Assembly (NCBI GenBank): GCA_001643675.2 | Contig: LSRY02000042.1 | Location: forward strand, 434,001 to 498,000 | Direction of reading: 5' to 3' | DNA length: 64,000 bases | Origin: Monocercomonoides exilis PA203 | Lineage: Eukaryota; Protista; Preaxostyla | Made by a program: the position numbers and the translations under genes | Notes under the pieces: generated by a model | The model's database searches: none | The model's input: the letters and a program-made list of their open reading frames with translations, nothing else | Told to the model about the DNA's origin: nothing | In this document: positions 1 to 12,379 of the stretch, piece after piece | How the letters are laid out: every line of letters starts with the position of its first letter | Numbering within the stretch: the first letter of the stretch is position 1

Positions 1-220
1 AAGGAGGAGGAGGAGGAGGAGGAGGAGGAGGAGGAGGAGGAGGAGGAGGAGGAGGAGGTGTTAAAGAATCAGAAGAATTGGATGGAATAGAAGGAGAAGA
101 AGAAGAAGGAAGAGAAGGAAGAGGAAGAAGAGGAAGAGGAAGAAGAGGAAGAGGAAGAAGAAGAAGAAGAAATCAAAAAAAAAAAAAGAAAAGAAAAGAA
201 AAAAGAAAAGAAAAAAGAAT
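1..220. repeat. (GGA)n/(GAA)n and A-rich purine low-complexity tract
   Basis: Perfect GGA repeat at 1-58, then GAA/GAG and AAAAG runs up to the 3' end of the next gene. Confidence 0.9.
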
Positions 221-235
221 AATTGTTTCATTCAC

Positions 236-1669
236 TCAAACATTTACAAAATAGTCTGAAATTTTCAATGACAATGGACTTTCATAATTCAAACAAAGAT
301 AATAAAATATTTCATGAAAGCTAATGATGATATCTTCGTATCCTTCTTCTTCCATCTTTTCCAACAACTTCATATTATCTGCCTTTCTTTTCGCTTCTTT
401 CCTTTCATCCTCTTTTTTCAATCGCCTTGAAATATTGAAGAAGAATTCCAAGCTTATAATTGTTATTCTGTCATCCATTGTTGATTTGTGAATCTCCTCC
501 AGAAAAACATCAATAGCTCCTCCACTCACCAACAAATCACCAACTGTCACACTTCTATTTCTTGCTGCTTCTTCTAACACATAAATGCATTCTTTTCTTA
601 TTTCTCTGTGATTATCCTTTGCTATTAGAAATACCTGAACAATGTTGTTAATTAGATCAGCAAAGTCTTCATTCCACAATTTGCAATGGTGAAAATAAAG
701 CCACAATGTTCCAATCCATTTCATTAAAAAAAGATCTTCTTTCGTAACTTTTCTGCTTTCTTCTTTTCTCTTCCAATCCACATTTCTTTTCAGTTCTTCG
801 ATTTCTCTTCTTGCTTCTCTCGCAAAATGCAGCTCATTCACAATGACACCTTCCAAACTATGAGCAAAGATTATTCTTTTGATAAAAAACTGCCAAGCTG
901 ATTGATAGGCAATTCGTGTCAGATTGTGATGCTCCTGATGATATTTGATAATCTCTTTGATTTCATTTATATACAGCCCTTTTAGCACATTCTAATCAGA
1001 ATTAAAAAAATAACAAATTTCATCAAAAAGGAAATAGCAATGCCCATACGTAACTCCCAAAATTACTCAAAGCCAGTAAAGCCATTTCCACTTCTTTCTG
1101 AGCTTCCTCGTTTTCCTCTTTCCTCATTGCAACTTTCAGAAGACAGGGTATACAAATTGAACGTATTTTAAAAAATGTCATGTCGCTAAGTGAAAGATAG
1201 CACTCGCAAAGATCAACAAGAAGCTTTTCATTTTTTCCTTCTTTTTTCTCTTCTTCTTCAATGATCATTTCCTGGAATCGATCGCCCAAAAAAGAATTAC
1301 TAATTTCAAAATCATAAATGCATTTCAGCACTTTCCAATATCCTACATGCTTCAACAGCACAAGTGCATTCTCCATCGAAAGTATCTTTTCATCAATCGT
1401 TTTGTTCAATGCATCGAACAGTTCTTTTGTGAAAACAGAAATGAATTCTTCTTTGCCCATCTCTTCCATTAGTCCATTCATTTCTTCAATTTTCTGTCTT
1501 TGCTCATCAGCTGAGCTGTTGCTCAACTTGGAAAACAATTCTTCAAAAAACAAAGAAAGAAATCCAATCAAAAAGAATTCACATGCAACTGCAATTGCAC
1601 GCCATTGAATTTTTTTGTGTTGTCTGTCTCCTGAATTTTTGAAAATTTGTTGCATTCAGAAAACAACAT
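236..1669 (-). CDS. Lineage-specific alpha-helical multigene family protein, paralog 1 (~440-460 aa, spliced)
   Basis: ORFs 1023-1655 and 236-988 join in frame through a phase-0 intron 992-1049 (GTATGG...TTAG). Shares motifs EQxQKIEEMN, LLVDLCECY, QKEVEMALLALSN, YHQEHHNLTxLAYQSAW, NELHFAREARRE and KMEEEGYEDIIISF with the genes at 22350 and 28845. The 5' end is ambiguous: ATG 1669 with intron 1541-1602, or ATG 1655. Confidence 0.8.
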
Positions 1670-3974
1670 CATTTAAATCATTCACATTGAAAGCACGAAC
1701 GTGTGGATAAAAGAAGTTTACGAAAAACAAAAAACTCAAAAATACCTTTAATAAATGTGCATTCATACCGCAATTTTTAGCATTTATGTTTTTGACAAAA
1801 GATAATGGAAAAAAATAATGCTTTATAATTAATCTTTATTTGTAATGGATTCAATGATCATCAGATTTGAAAGAAAGAATTATTCCATTCACAGAATGAG
1901 AAATCCGTGAGTGAACATTATCTGTAGAGCTAGGAATATTATTTCCTGTGGAGACAACTACAATGGTGGAATGCAATATTTTTGAAATTCTGCCTGATGA
2001 TTATTGATAATTGGATGGCCAAGGGGAATGCAACAATTTCATCAATAACACAAAAAGACATAATGTATGTGATTTTTATTGTTCTGTTGATTGTAAAGAT
2101 ATTTCCATCTACATCCTCTCCAAAGTGCAGGAATATGAGTTATTGTTGAAATGGCCAATCTCCGCTTTGTGGAGCAATACGATGAGAACGGAGCAGATTA
2201 TTATATAGGCATTGGGAAATAAATGAAGTTGCGCAAGATATAAGATTTTTATTTGGAACAAGAGATGAAAACAAATTCGACTGATGTTTTATTGAATGAA
2301 GATTTATGGATGGAATTCTGTGAAGGACAAAATCCGCACAAAATTATATAGAATTCTGGAATGTCAGGCAGGGGAAGCGTTTTTATGACTTGTAAAGTGG
2401 CTGGCAATATCGAGGGAAGGATATTCATCACAATAAAAAAGGCAATAATTTAATGGAAAAAAAGGAGAACCCCAAAATGTCAGTTTTATTTGTAAGGTTT
2501 TCCTGCTTCTCGGACTGTGCCTGGCAGACATGGAAGGCTGCGAAATTCTGTTTCTGATTCCGCTTTTGCTTCAAAAGAGTGGAGAAACGCCAACTACGAG
2601 ACATCCAATTGTCATATATTTGTTGGCAGTCGAACAACATTCTGTCCAACCACATTTGAATTTCATTCTTCGAAGGGACAGCCATTTTGAGCAAGCAAGG
2701 CGATTATCATTCGAAGTTTGCTTTCTTTGTCTCCACAGCTGATGAAAGAGAATATGATGGTTTTTGTATCATCATTTGTTTCTCAACAAAGCTGTTGTTT
2801 CGCTCAGCTTCTATGTTTGTGCACGGTTCTTTGAATTTTGAGCGTTGAGCATCAGAGAATGCATTTCAGATGCATTATCATCTGCGTCATGAGTGTTGAT
2901 TAGCGAATGCCAACTTTTTCTATCATTCTTCATCATCGTTGTTGAAGCACAGCCAACTCACTCTCTTCGTTTTCATCAGGATTTATCTTCCTCATCCACA
3001 ATCTCGTTGACATTTGATGCCTTCCAATCACGCAGGCCGAAGAGCGATGTCCTTCAAGCGCAGAAAGATGAATATTCCTTTCTTCTTCTGCCGCTCCACT
3101 TCATTTGATTCAATTGTCAAATCATCACCCTCTTCACCTTCTCCTTCTTCTCCTTCACCTTCTCCTCCTCCTCCTCTTCTTCTTCTTCTTTCTTCATTCA
3201 TGATCATTTTGTGAGCCTGACTTTAAGAGTTCCGTTTTCTTCGCTTTCGCTTTCGCTTGATGAGGCTATTTCTTCTTCTCCTTCTTCCTCTTCTTCCTCT
3301 TCTTCCTCTTCTTCCTTTTCTTCCTTTTCTTATTTTCATTCTCTTTTTTCCTCTCGAAATTCATCATCTTCTTCTCTCAAATTCTTTTAAAATAATCAAG
3401 TTTCATTGCAAAAAGAAGAAAATGAGGGGAAATAAGCGAAGTAAGCAAAAGATCAACAAATTTCTTCTTCTTCTTCCTCTTCCTCTTCCTCCTCTTCCTC
3501 CTCTTCCTCCTCCTCTTCTTCTTCTTCATCTTTATCTTCTTCTACTACAACTACTTCTTCTTCTTCTTCTCCTCCTTCTCCTTCCTTTCTTCACTTCCTC
3601 TCTCTTCTTTCTCTGTCACTCCTCCTCATACAACACACGAATTGCCATTGTATTCTTCTTCTTCTTCTTCTTTTATTTCTTCTCCTTTGAATTCTTTTCC
3701 TTTAAATTCATCATCATCTTCTTCTTCTTCAATGCCTTCTTCAATGAGAAACAAAAATATCACATTTTCTAATTACTCGACTTTCCTCATGTTCTTCTCA
3801 AAACCTTGTATTCAATTATCAATTCAGAAAGCGAATACAAACATTTCTTCACAGATGAAACATCAGCTGAAATTATCTGATAAAGAAGGCAGTGTCGCGT
3901 TGAGCCAAGAAAAGACTATCAGATTGAGTGCAATCAGAAAAGGAGGAAGATTTGGCCATTTTTATTTGGAAGCC

Positions 3975-4725
3975 GAAGCATGAGCGGAAAACAGAAGGGG
4001 CATTGAAGCAATTTTTGTTTGGAATGAACGAGTTTGAAAATATCCTTCGGTAGATTATGCATCAACGAAGCGACATCGAATCGCGGAAAGTGAAATGAGG
4101 AAGAAAAGGAATTGAGATGAAAAGGCTTATTTAAAGAGAATTTTTAAAAGGCGGCTAAGTGAATCGGATACATGGCATGTTGAAATATGAATGCTGAGGA
4201 AATAAATGTTTTTGAAGAACTTTCTGATATGATAGAAGAGAGGAAAACGGATGATTCCTTAAAGCAACAAACAGAATTTGCATTTGATGAAAAGGAGAGA
4301 TCATATGAAGAAATGACGAAGAAATGTTTCTCTATGTGCTGAATTAAAGCTCCAAGAAAAATAAATAAAGATTTATTCTTCAGTTGAAAAGAAGATGAAA
4401 GCTCAAGAATTTTTCTATGAAATGGAAAATGAATCAAAATTTGAAGATGAAACGATTGAGGAAAGTTTATTGTTAAAAATGATGAAAATGGAAGAAATTC
4501 TGATGAAAACAGATAAAGTTCATCATTTCCTGTGATTTTTGTATCGACTGCGCCGAATGTGAGTGTTTGAGAAGGAGTAAATATTGAAGTGAGGAGCGTG
4601 AGAGAGGCGTCTTGGAGGAGGGAAATGAAGCCAGTGAGAGCATTCTCGATGGTGGCACATGGAATCTGTTGGGGTCTGCCACAGGCATTGACATCAGTCA
4701 CGCTGTTAGAAACGATTTTGTTCTG
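3975..4725 (-). repeat. Left arm of ~750-bp near-identical inverted repeat (partner 25461-26210)
   Basis: Reverse complement matches 25461-26210 almost base for base. The ORF track gives identical 73-aa peptides at 4473-4694(-) and 25492-25713(+). Confidence 0.95.
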
Positions 4726-5720
4726 GGCGATGAGAGGGATCCAGCCATTGTACACTGCGTTGTCAGCTGTATTGAAATTCCAGACTTTTTTTTAATGGGG
4801 TTGTTGATCCACAATTCTCGAATGGAGATTGAGTGATACCGCCACCATTGAAAAACACATCATTTCCTCTTACATTTTTGGCAGTGTTGCCATCAAAGAA
4901 ACAAAAAGTGATGAATTTTATACTATTCATCCAGGAATAAGTTGAATTGAAGAAAATTGCAGCACCTCCATATTTGACAGAGGCAGTTAATTTGTTATTT
5001 ATAAACTGGCAATCATTTACAATAAATTGACTCGGTTTGGTTTCTGGAGGAGTGTTGAATGTGAGAGAGCCAGCAGAATCTCCACCGGAATTTGAAATGC
5101 ACTTGCATTTCGAAAACAGAAATTGGGAATTTGATGTCATGTTATTGATCCTTAAATACAAACCAGTTCCACATCAGTTTGTGATTGAACAATTTTCAAT
5201 TCTGTTTTTCAAAATGTGATAAATAGTATTTGGTTTGAGAAACACCGTGTGGACTGCTCCTCCATGAGCAGCAGAACAACTCGTGAAATTGGATTTTGTG
5301 ATATCAATTTTTAACAAACTTTCACAATACAACGCTCCGCCATATTCATTTGTTGAACAATTGCTGAATGAACAAGAAGTTATTGTGAGATTGGTATTAA
5401 TGCAAGCAACATAAAGTGCACCACCAGATGAAGAGCCACCATTTAATCATTCCACTCGCACCACTCAAATCGATGGCTATTCTCATCAAAAGCTGTTGAT
5501 CTTCAAGGTCTTTCTCGTTGAATTTCAATTTCAACATTCACGACAGCATCATTTGGTGAAGAGCGTGTTTGGTGAGGAAGGAGGTGTTGAAGACAGAGAG
5601 AGAAGTGGATGGGCTGTTGAGGGAAGGGAGAGTGGAGCCATTGGTGATGCTGCAAATGCGAAGGGAAAGCTGTCGATGGGGATGCGAGAGAACAAAGTGA
5701 TGTGATAAGAGAAATTAAAC
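4144..5720 (-). pseudogene. Disrupted Pmp/pectin-lyase-like beta-helix surface protein gene, copy 1
   Basis: Conceptual translation contains SGGALYV, CSFSNCSTNEYGGALY, HGGAVH, CQFINN, YGGAAIF, FFDGNTA and RGNDVFF. In-frame TGA near 5175 and a frameshift in the T-run near 4790. Family-like sequence ends abruptly after TKITGN (~4524). Confidence 0.65.
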
Positions 5721-6500
5721 ATGTGTTTGCGAATATTTAAGATGATGAAGTGAGTTATTAATGTGGAGCATCCAAAGGTGAAAGGTTTTGAAAAATTGGA
5801 ACGTGAAAGAAAATAGTGCAAAAGGCTAAATACGAAGAAATACACATGAAAAATTGGAAAATTCGGTGAAAAATTGTTGATGAAATATCTGATCCAAAAT
5901 TCTGAATTGAATCAGTTTCAGCATTTCAACGTTATGACTTCAACGCATTTTTGTTTGAAAAGAAAAACAGATTGTTTGCAAATGACGTGAAAACCGGAAG
6001 TATTGTTATTTGTTTGTTGCTGTTGCCAAAAACAGGAAAAGCAGAAGTTTCGAACATGAGATTGACGAACATTGAATAATAATCATTGTTGCTGTGAAAG
6101 TGAAGAGAAACGACATCCCATTGTGAAGTTGGAAGCAAAAAAGTTTCCAGATGTCAAAATGAAATGAATATTGGGAAATGTTTGTATTTTTGAACCTTGA
6201 AAAAAATATAATATGAAAAAAAGTGAAAAACTTCATTTCAAATTAACATTTTTTATTATTTATTTTTAAATTCTAATAAAAGTTTGTGTTTCTGAATAAA
6301 CACTGTTTATAGGAATTGGCAATAATTATGCAAATAAAAAAGTCATTCTGTTCTCATTGGATTCAACTTTTGTGAATGAAAAAAAACATGAAATGACCCA
6401 TAACACAACGGAATATTCGAAGATCAAACATTTTTTATTTAATCACGTGTTTGCAAGCATAAAGTGATTGCCGTTTTGTCAGTGAAAAAAAGACAAGGAA

Positions 6501-8150
6501 ATGGGAAATAAAGTTGATACGATGAATCCTAAGAGAGGTGCATATGGAAATACCAAGGCTATGAAATGGATCATGAAGAATAAAACAGAGCCTCCGGTCT
6601 GGATGAGGCATGATATCACACTTGGAGATGAGGATGGATGGACGATGGCAATGAAGTGGATTTATAATGTAGGGACAGAACCTCCAGCATGGATGAGGCA
6701 TGATACCACACTTAAAGAAAAAAGTGGAAGAACAATGGCCATGCTGTGGATTCAGTTTATTAAAAATGAGCCTCCGTTCTGGATGAGACACGATGCCACA
6801 CTTAAAGATGAGGATGGATGGACGATGGCAATGAAGTGGATTTATAATATAAGGACAGAACCACCAGCATGGATGAGACATGAAGCAACTCTTCAAGATA
6901 AATATGGCTGGACTATGGCCATGATGTGGATTCAGTTAATTGAAAATGAACCTCCGGTCTGGATGAGGCATGATATCACTCTAAAAGATAATTTAGGAAG
7001 AACAATGGCCATGATGTGGATTCAATTTGTGAAAAAGGATCCGCCTATCTGGATGAGGCATGATGCAACAATTAAGGATGGGAATGGTATGACTGCGGCA
7101 ATGAAATGGATTGTTTTGAAAGAAAATACTCCGGCGAAATGGGCAAGGCACGATCCTGCGCTTGCGAACAATGATGGTAATACGATGGCGATGCTGTGGA
7201 TTAAACACGTTAAAACGGAGGTTCTGGGATGGATGAGACACGATGTCACTCTGCGCAACAAGGAAGGGTGGACGATGGCGATGATGTGGATTGAAAATGT
7301 GAAAACGGAGCCGCCGGAATGGATGAGGCACGATCCCAGGCTTGCGAACAATGATGGGTGGACGATGGAGATGCTGTGGATAAAGCGCATCAAGACAAAC
7401 CCTCCAGAGTGGATGAAGGCGGACAATGCGCCTCGGGACAAAGAAAAGAGAAGAGACCGGGAGAGATGTGAAAACGAGAGAAAATGTGAAAGTTTGGAGG
7501 AAAGAAAGGAAGAAGTGAAAGTTTTTGACAGAAATGGAAGAACAGAGGGGATGCGCTGGATTGTGGAAAAAAGATCAGATCCGCTAGAGGAAATGAGGCA
7601 CGAGGCGACGACTGGAGACGAGGAAGGAAAAACAATGGCGATGCTGTGGATAGAGAATGTGAAGAGCGAGCCGCCGGAATGGATGAGGCACGATGTGGGG
7701 CGTGGGGACATGTATGGGAGAACGATGGGGATGACATGGATTGGGAATGTGAAAACAGAGCCGCCGGAGTGGATGCGGCACAGGGGGATGCAAGTGGACA
7801 AGGACGGGTGGACGATGGCGATGTACTGGATCAGGCACGTGAAGACAGAACCTCCGGAGTGGATGCGGCACGAGGTTACGGTTGGGGACGGGAACGGATG
7901 GACGATGGGGATGCACTGGATTGCGAATGTGCAAAGAGAGCCGCCGGAGTGGATGAGGCACGGAGCAATATTTGGCGACCAGAATGGAATGACGATGGCT
8001 ATGCACTGGATTACGTGGGTGAAGACAGCGCCGCCGGAGTGGATGAGGCACGATGCAAACATCAGCAACAAGGTTGGGTGGACGATGAAGACATTTTGGA
8101 AGAACTATGTTGAGAGCGAGGTTCCTGAGTGGATGAAAGGGGACTGCTGA
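6501..8150 (+). CDS. 549-aa intronless tandem-repeat protein: 17 x 30-aa repeat GxTMAMxWIxxVKTEPPxWMRHDxxxxDxx (ankyrin-like hairpin motif)
   Basis: Single ATG-TGA ORF with strict 90-nt periodicity: 15-aa leader + 10 repeats + 30-aa charged spacer + 6 repeats + 24-aa final repeat = 549 aa. Confidence 0.9.
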   Translation: MGNKVDTMNPKRGAYGNTKAMKWIMKNKTEPPVWMRHDITLGDEDGWTMAMKWIYNVGTEPPAWMRHDTTLKEKSGRTMAMLWIQFIKNEPPFWMRHDATLKDEDGWTMAMKWIYNIRTEPPAWMRHEATLQDKYGWTMAMMWIQLIENEPPVWMRHDITLKDNLGRTMAMMWIQFVKKDPPIWMRHDATIKDGNGMTAAMKWIVLKENTPAKWARHDPALANNDGNTMAMLWIKHVKTEVLGWMRHDVTLRNKEGWTMAMMWIENVKTEPPEWMRHDPRLANNDGWTMEMLWIKRIKTNPPEWMKADNAPRDKEKRRDRERCENERKCESLEERKEEVKVFDRNGRTEGMRWIVEKRSDPLEEMRHEATTGDEEGKTMAMLWIENVKSEPPEWMRHDVGRGDMYGRTMGMTWIGNVKTEPPEWMRHRGMQVDKDGWTMAMYWIRHVKTEPPEWMRHEVTVGDGNGWTMGMHWIANVQREPPEWMRHGAIFGDQNGMTMAMHWITWVKTAPPEWMRHDANISNKVGWTMKTFWKNYVESEVPEWMKGDC

Positions 8151-8284
8151 GTTCGAGTGATTGTTTTGGTTGTTCTGTAATGTGGGTGTCTGAATAATTT
8201 CCATGAAAAGATTGAAATGAAAATCATGTTGAAATTTTTCTTTTCCAATTCTTTTTTGATTCTTTTGTTTCTCACTTTTATTTT

Positions 8285-8318
<34 letters not shown>

Positions 8319-10321
8319 TCCAACTCTTCATTTTCTGAACCAAAATTTTATTTAACATTGAAATGGTTGAATATTTTCATTTTTGTATCTCCGCATTCAA
8401 TTTGTATTTGTTTGTTCGTTTTATTGGTTGTTGATTTGAGAAGCACTTCAGCCCTTTCCAACATTTTTGTGTTTTGGTGGCAAACAAAAGACATCATGAA
8501 ATGATGATTGCAAATGCATTGTTTATCGAAGCCAATAAATTCATTTTGTCTGATAAAGTGAAAATGGAATATTTTTTTTCAAAATTATGAGAACATTTCC
8601 AACAATTGTTTTTCTTTTTCTGAAAGGTTTGGGCTTCAAATGGCTTCTGTTTTTCTTTTTTCTTTTGAGCAGTTCCTTTCAAAAGGTTGAAAATGTCTTT
8701 TATTATTTTGATTCATAATGAGCATTTGAAACCAATCTATCAATTTGAACAACAAATTTTTCAGTTTTTTATTGTGAAAACAACATGAATTGACAAGCAA
8801 AATGGTGATGTTTGAAAGGTTGGTTTCTAAAAATCACCAAATAAATGTAAGTTTTTTTTCATCAAGAAAACAGAACATCATTGACTTGAAAAAAAATTTT
8901 TTATCATTTATATATCATATTTTTTAGGTTTTCAAAAAACTCACAAATCAATTGAAAATACAACAGAATTGATTATTAATGTGTTTTTTTAATATTAAAT
9001 CAATTTTGTTTGTTGTGAATTGGTTATTGAACATTTTGAAGGATTTCACCTTTTCTCCATTCCACTCATGAACAGAAATAATTCGACTTTTGCACATTCA
9101 TGTTTTTCTTGTCTCTGACGTTCAATGGTTTTTTGGTTGTATCAGAAAAAGATGGTATTCTTTCAAAATTGAAATCAAAACAACCATTCGTATTTTCTCC
9201 TGATACATTCGAATGTTTGAATATTCCTATTTTCATATCCATGAGATGAACAAACACGATGTGTTTATCCTTCATATCTCTTTGAAATGTCTTCAAACTG
9301 TTTTGCCAATTCTCTTGCTTTGTTCAATACTCATTCCTTTCTATAATAGAAGATTTGATTTTATCAAATGATAACCATTGAATTGTTTTGCGATTAACAA
9401 AAATAATTCATTTCTTTTTAACTGAAACATTCAAAAATAAAAAAAAAACCAATTCATTTCAAAAAGTTATTCAAATATTTGCTTTGTCATGATATCAAAT
9501 TAGCTTGGAAACATTTTGAAAACGTTGTTCAAAATTATTTCCTTCATGTCACAATTTTTTATTTTTCATTTCATGGGGAAAGTCCACAATTCTTAATGAC
9601 TGAACAAAATCGGATCAAAAATGATAATTCGATTTCAAATCTGAGTTGTGCTTTTTGTGATGGAGAAAAGGCTTGGAACTGGTATTTATAACAGTTGTGA
9701 GTGAAGAAAAATCGTTTTTATGAGGAATTGACAAGATTGAAAAAACGAGCTGAGTCGAAGAATGAAACAGATATTGGATATGCTCGTGATTCAGAAAATT
9801 CAAGAGTTCAGTTCATGAAGGAATGGTTTTTGAAAATATGAAAATGACTCTTTAAATTACTATTCTGATTTTGCTGTATCTCTTGTTTGAAAGTCAAGTT
9901 TATTCAATTCCACAAACACAGCAAGAAAACAGAAAGACGATATTTTATTGAACAAGCGTGTTGACGAACAACAGTTATCGCAATTTGTATCGGAAACAAA
10001 AAAAAAGGATTGGAGAAGGGAAAATAGTGGAGAAAGATAAAACTGTCTGGAGAAGAAGGAAATACAACAATGGAAGAAAGAAAAAGATTTATGTGATATG
10101 TTGGAAGAGCTGAAAGATTGGAAAATGGAAGTGCATGTGAACAATTCACGATAATTGTTCCAACAAAACAAAAGACACACGAAAACCAATAATTCTGAAT
10201 CAAATGAAAATTGACACAAAAATCTTTTCAAATGAATGGAATTCTCACAAATGTTTGAATTCATGTAACTATTGAATGAAATGGTTTTCCACAATTAGGT
10301 GTTGTTTGGAAAAGAGAATAT

Positions 10322-11290
10322 GGGACAAAATATTTGACCTCAGGCATTTTCATCGAAAAATTTTGCATCTTCGATCATTTTTTGTGATCAAAATATATGA
10401 AATAAATGGATTTATTATTTAAAATACGTTTGAGGTCATCAAACATCATGTTATGATATCAATAAAGTTTGTTTTCGAATATGAAAACCTAATTTATTTT
10501 GAAATCTGAGAAAGTTTAGTAATGTTATGAGAAAAACAATTTTTTCTTGCTTTGTGCATAAAAAGCTTGAAAGTCCGTATTTTCCCCCTATGAATTTCAC
10601 AAACATAATAAAAGTGTTGTGAGTGCAATTGATTTTGTTCTTCCTCCATTTCGGAATGAAAATAAATTACGCTGCTCATCAGATTGAAATGTTTTTTTGT
10701 CAAAAGCTCTTTGTCTTTATATTGAATTAACAATGAAAGAATTGATTCATAATGAACCTGAAGAAATAAAAGAAAAAAAATTATGAAGTTATGGAAGAAA
10801 TGGAATAAAAAGAAACAAGAGATTCCAATAATCTGTTTTCTGAAAATAAAGAAGAAAATGATGGATTGAACAGATTTTAAGAAGGAGATGAAGAAAGTTC
10901 AACTGAGTATTGCAAATGAGATATATTCTCTTTTCTGTTTCTGACTCCTTTATTAATCTTTTATTCGAAAACACAAGTGTTCCGAACAATCATTTTTTTT
11001 TTTTTTTGGAAAATAATTATCTCAAGAAAGAATACGGACTTTCAAACTTTTATTGCTCAAAGCACCAAAAAATTATTCAACTCATAACTTTATAAAACTT
11101 TCTCAGATTTCTTCAGAAATTGGATTTTCAAACTGAAAACAGGTGTCATTGAAATCATTCCACAATGTTTTATGAGCTCACACGTATTTCAAAAAATGAA
11201 ATTATTTTGTTGGAATTTATTGCTCACAAAAAGATTATCAAAAGTGCACAATTTTTCAATGAAAATGCTTGTAGAAAAATATGTTTATCT
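10322..11290. mobile_element. Old foldback/MITE-like element with ~265-bp diverged inverted arms (10322-10587 and ~11030-11290)
   Basis: The reverse complement of 10322-10587 aligns with 11030-11290 (e.g. aatacggactttcaa, aaactttctcagattt, gaaaatgc). A third, direct copy of the arm lies at 58926-59192. Non-coding. Confidence 0.7.
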
Positions 11291-12379
11291 ATGTTTCTGT
11301 TGAACTTCGATCACATTTTCTAAACAAATATATCTTATGAAAAATGTTTAATTTCAAAAACAATCACACACATATTATTGACAAAAACAGTTTGGAAAAA
11401 TCAATCGTTCTGAATGTTCAGAGAAAACTTGTGTGACGTGATTTTTTGATTTGAAGAATCTCGTTTTTGAGGAGGCAGAAAGTTTTTTCTGCCAAAATTA
11501 TATAATTAAAAGAAAAAATACAAACAATCTACGATAATGATTAACAATTGATATCTATCTTTTTATTGAAACAACGAAATGAAAATGTTTGTTCTTTTTA
11601 TAAAACAACAATTTCCATACTTGGGAACACAATTCATTCATTGTTTTTGTGAAAATCAAACTCTGAAACTTTGCAAGTCTGTGAAGAACTTTCTTCAAAG
11701 AAATCATTTCACGTCAACAATTAATGTTTTGAATGGCTATGAAACAGGATAATAAAACTGAACCAGATTGAAGTCATGAAATATCTTTTTCTCCCACCAT
11801 TCATTTCCTTCAAAAAAACATTCATTGAAATGAATGAATGAAAAATAATCACAAAGAAAGAATCTGAGAGAAGAAGAAAATAAAACAATAACTCACTTAT
11901 TGACTTCATTTGCAACCTGTCACAGAGATTTCATCAAGACTTTATGTTTCAAACTTGATTGCAACCAACATTATCTTGTTGATTCTTTCTGAATTTATTA
12001 TCCAATTCAAATTTTGAACAAAAGTTATTTGTGAATGAATAAAGATAATCAAACAGATATATTGAACAAGAGCGAAGATAAAGGGATGAATTTTCTTTTG
12101 TTGCACTTTTGTTCAAAAATCTTGTTGAGAAAAAGAACTTGATCAAAACTCGAACAAAATGATAACATCAAAAACTGTCAGGCATTCATTGAAATGTTTG
12201 AAACCATCATTATATTTCTTTTTGGATATTAGAAGAACACTTTGAAGAACAGAGAACATCCATTCCCAACAACAACAGTGATCAATCACAATCCCCCCTT
12301 TTCTTGGAGAAAGTGCCTGATTGTGGGTTCAGTCGACAACAAGTTTTGAAGCATCAATAAATTGATGGAAGTCCATTTG

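Noticed and set aside
6546-8150. 90-nt periodic repeats as a CRISPR array
   Set aside because: The repeats are in-frame coding units with codon-level variation; there are no unique spacers or cas genes, and the context is eukaryotic.
6435-8204. Long antisense and alternate-frame ORFs (e.g. 7022-8071 minus, 349 aa)
   Set aside because: Shadows of the repeat gene; its low TA content removes stop codons in other frames.
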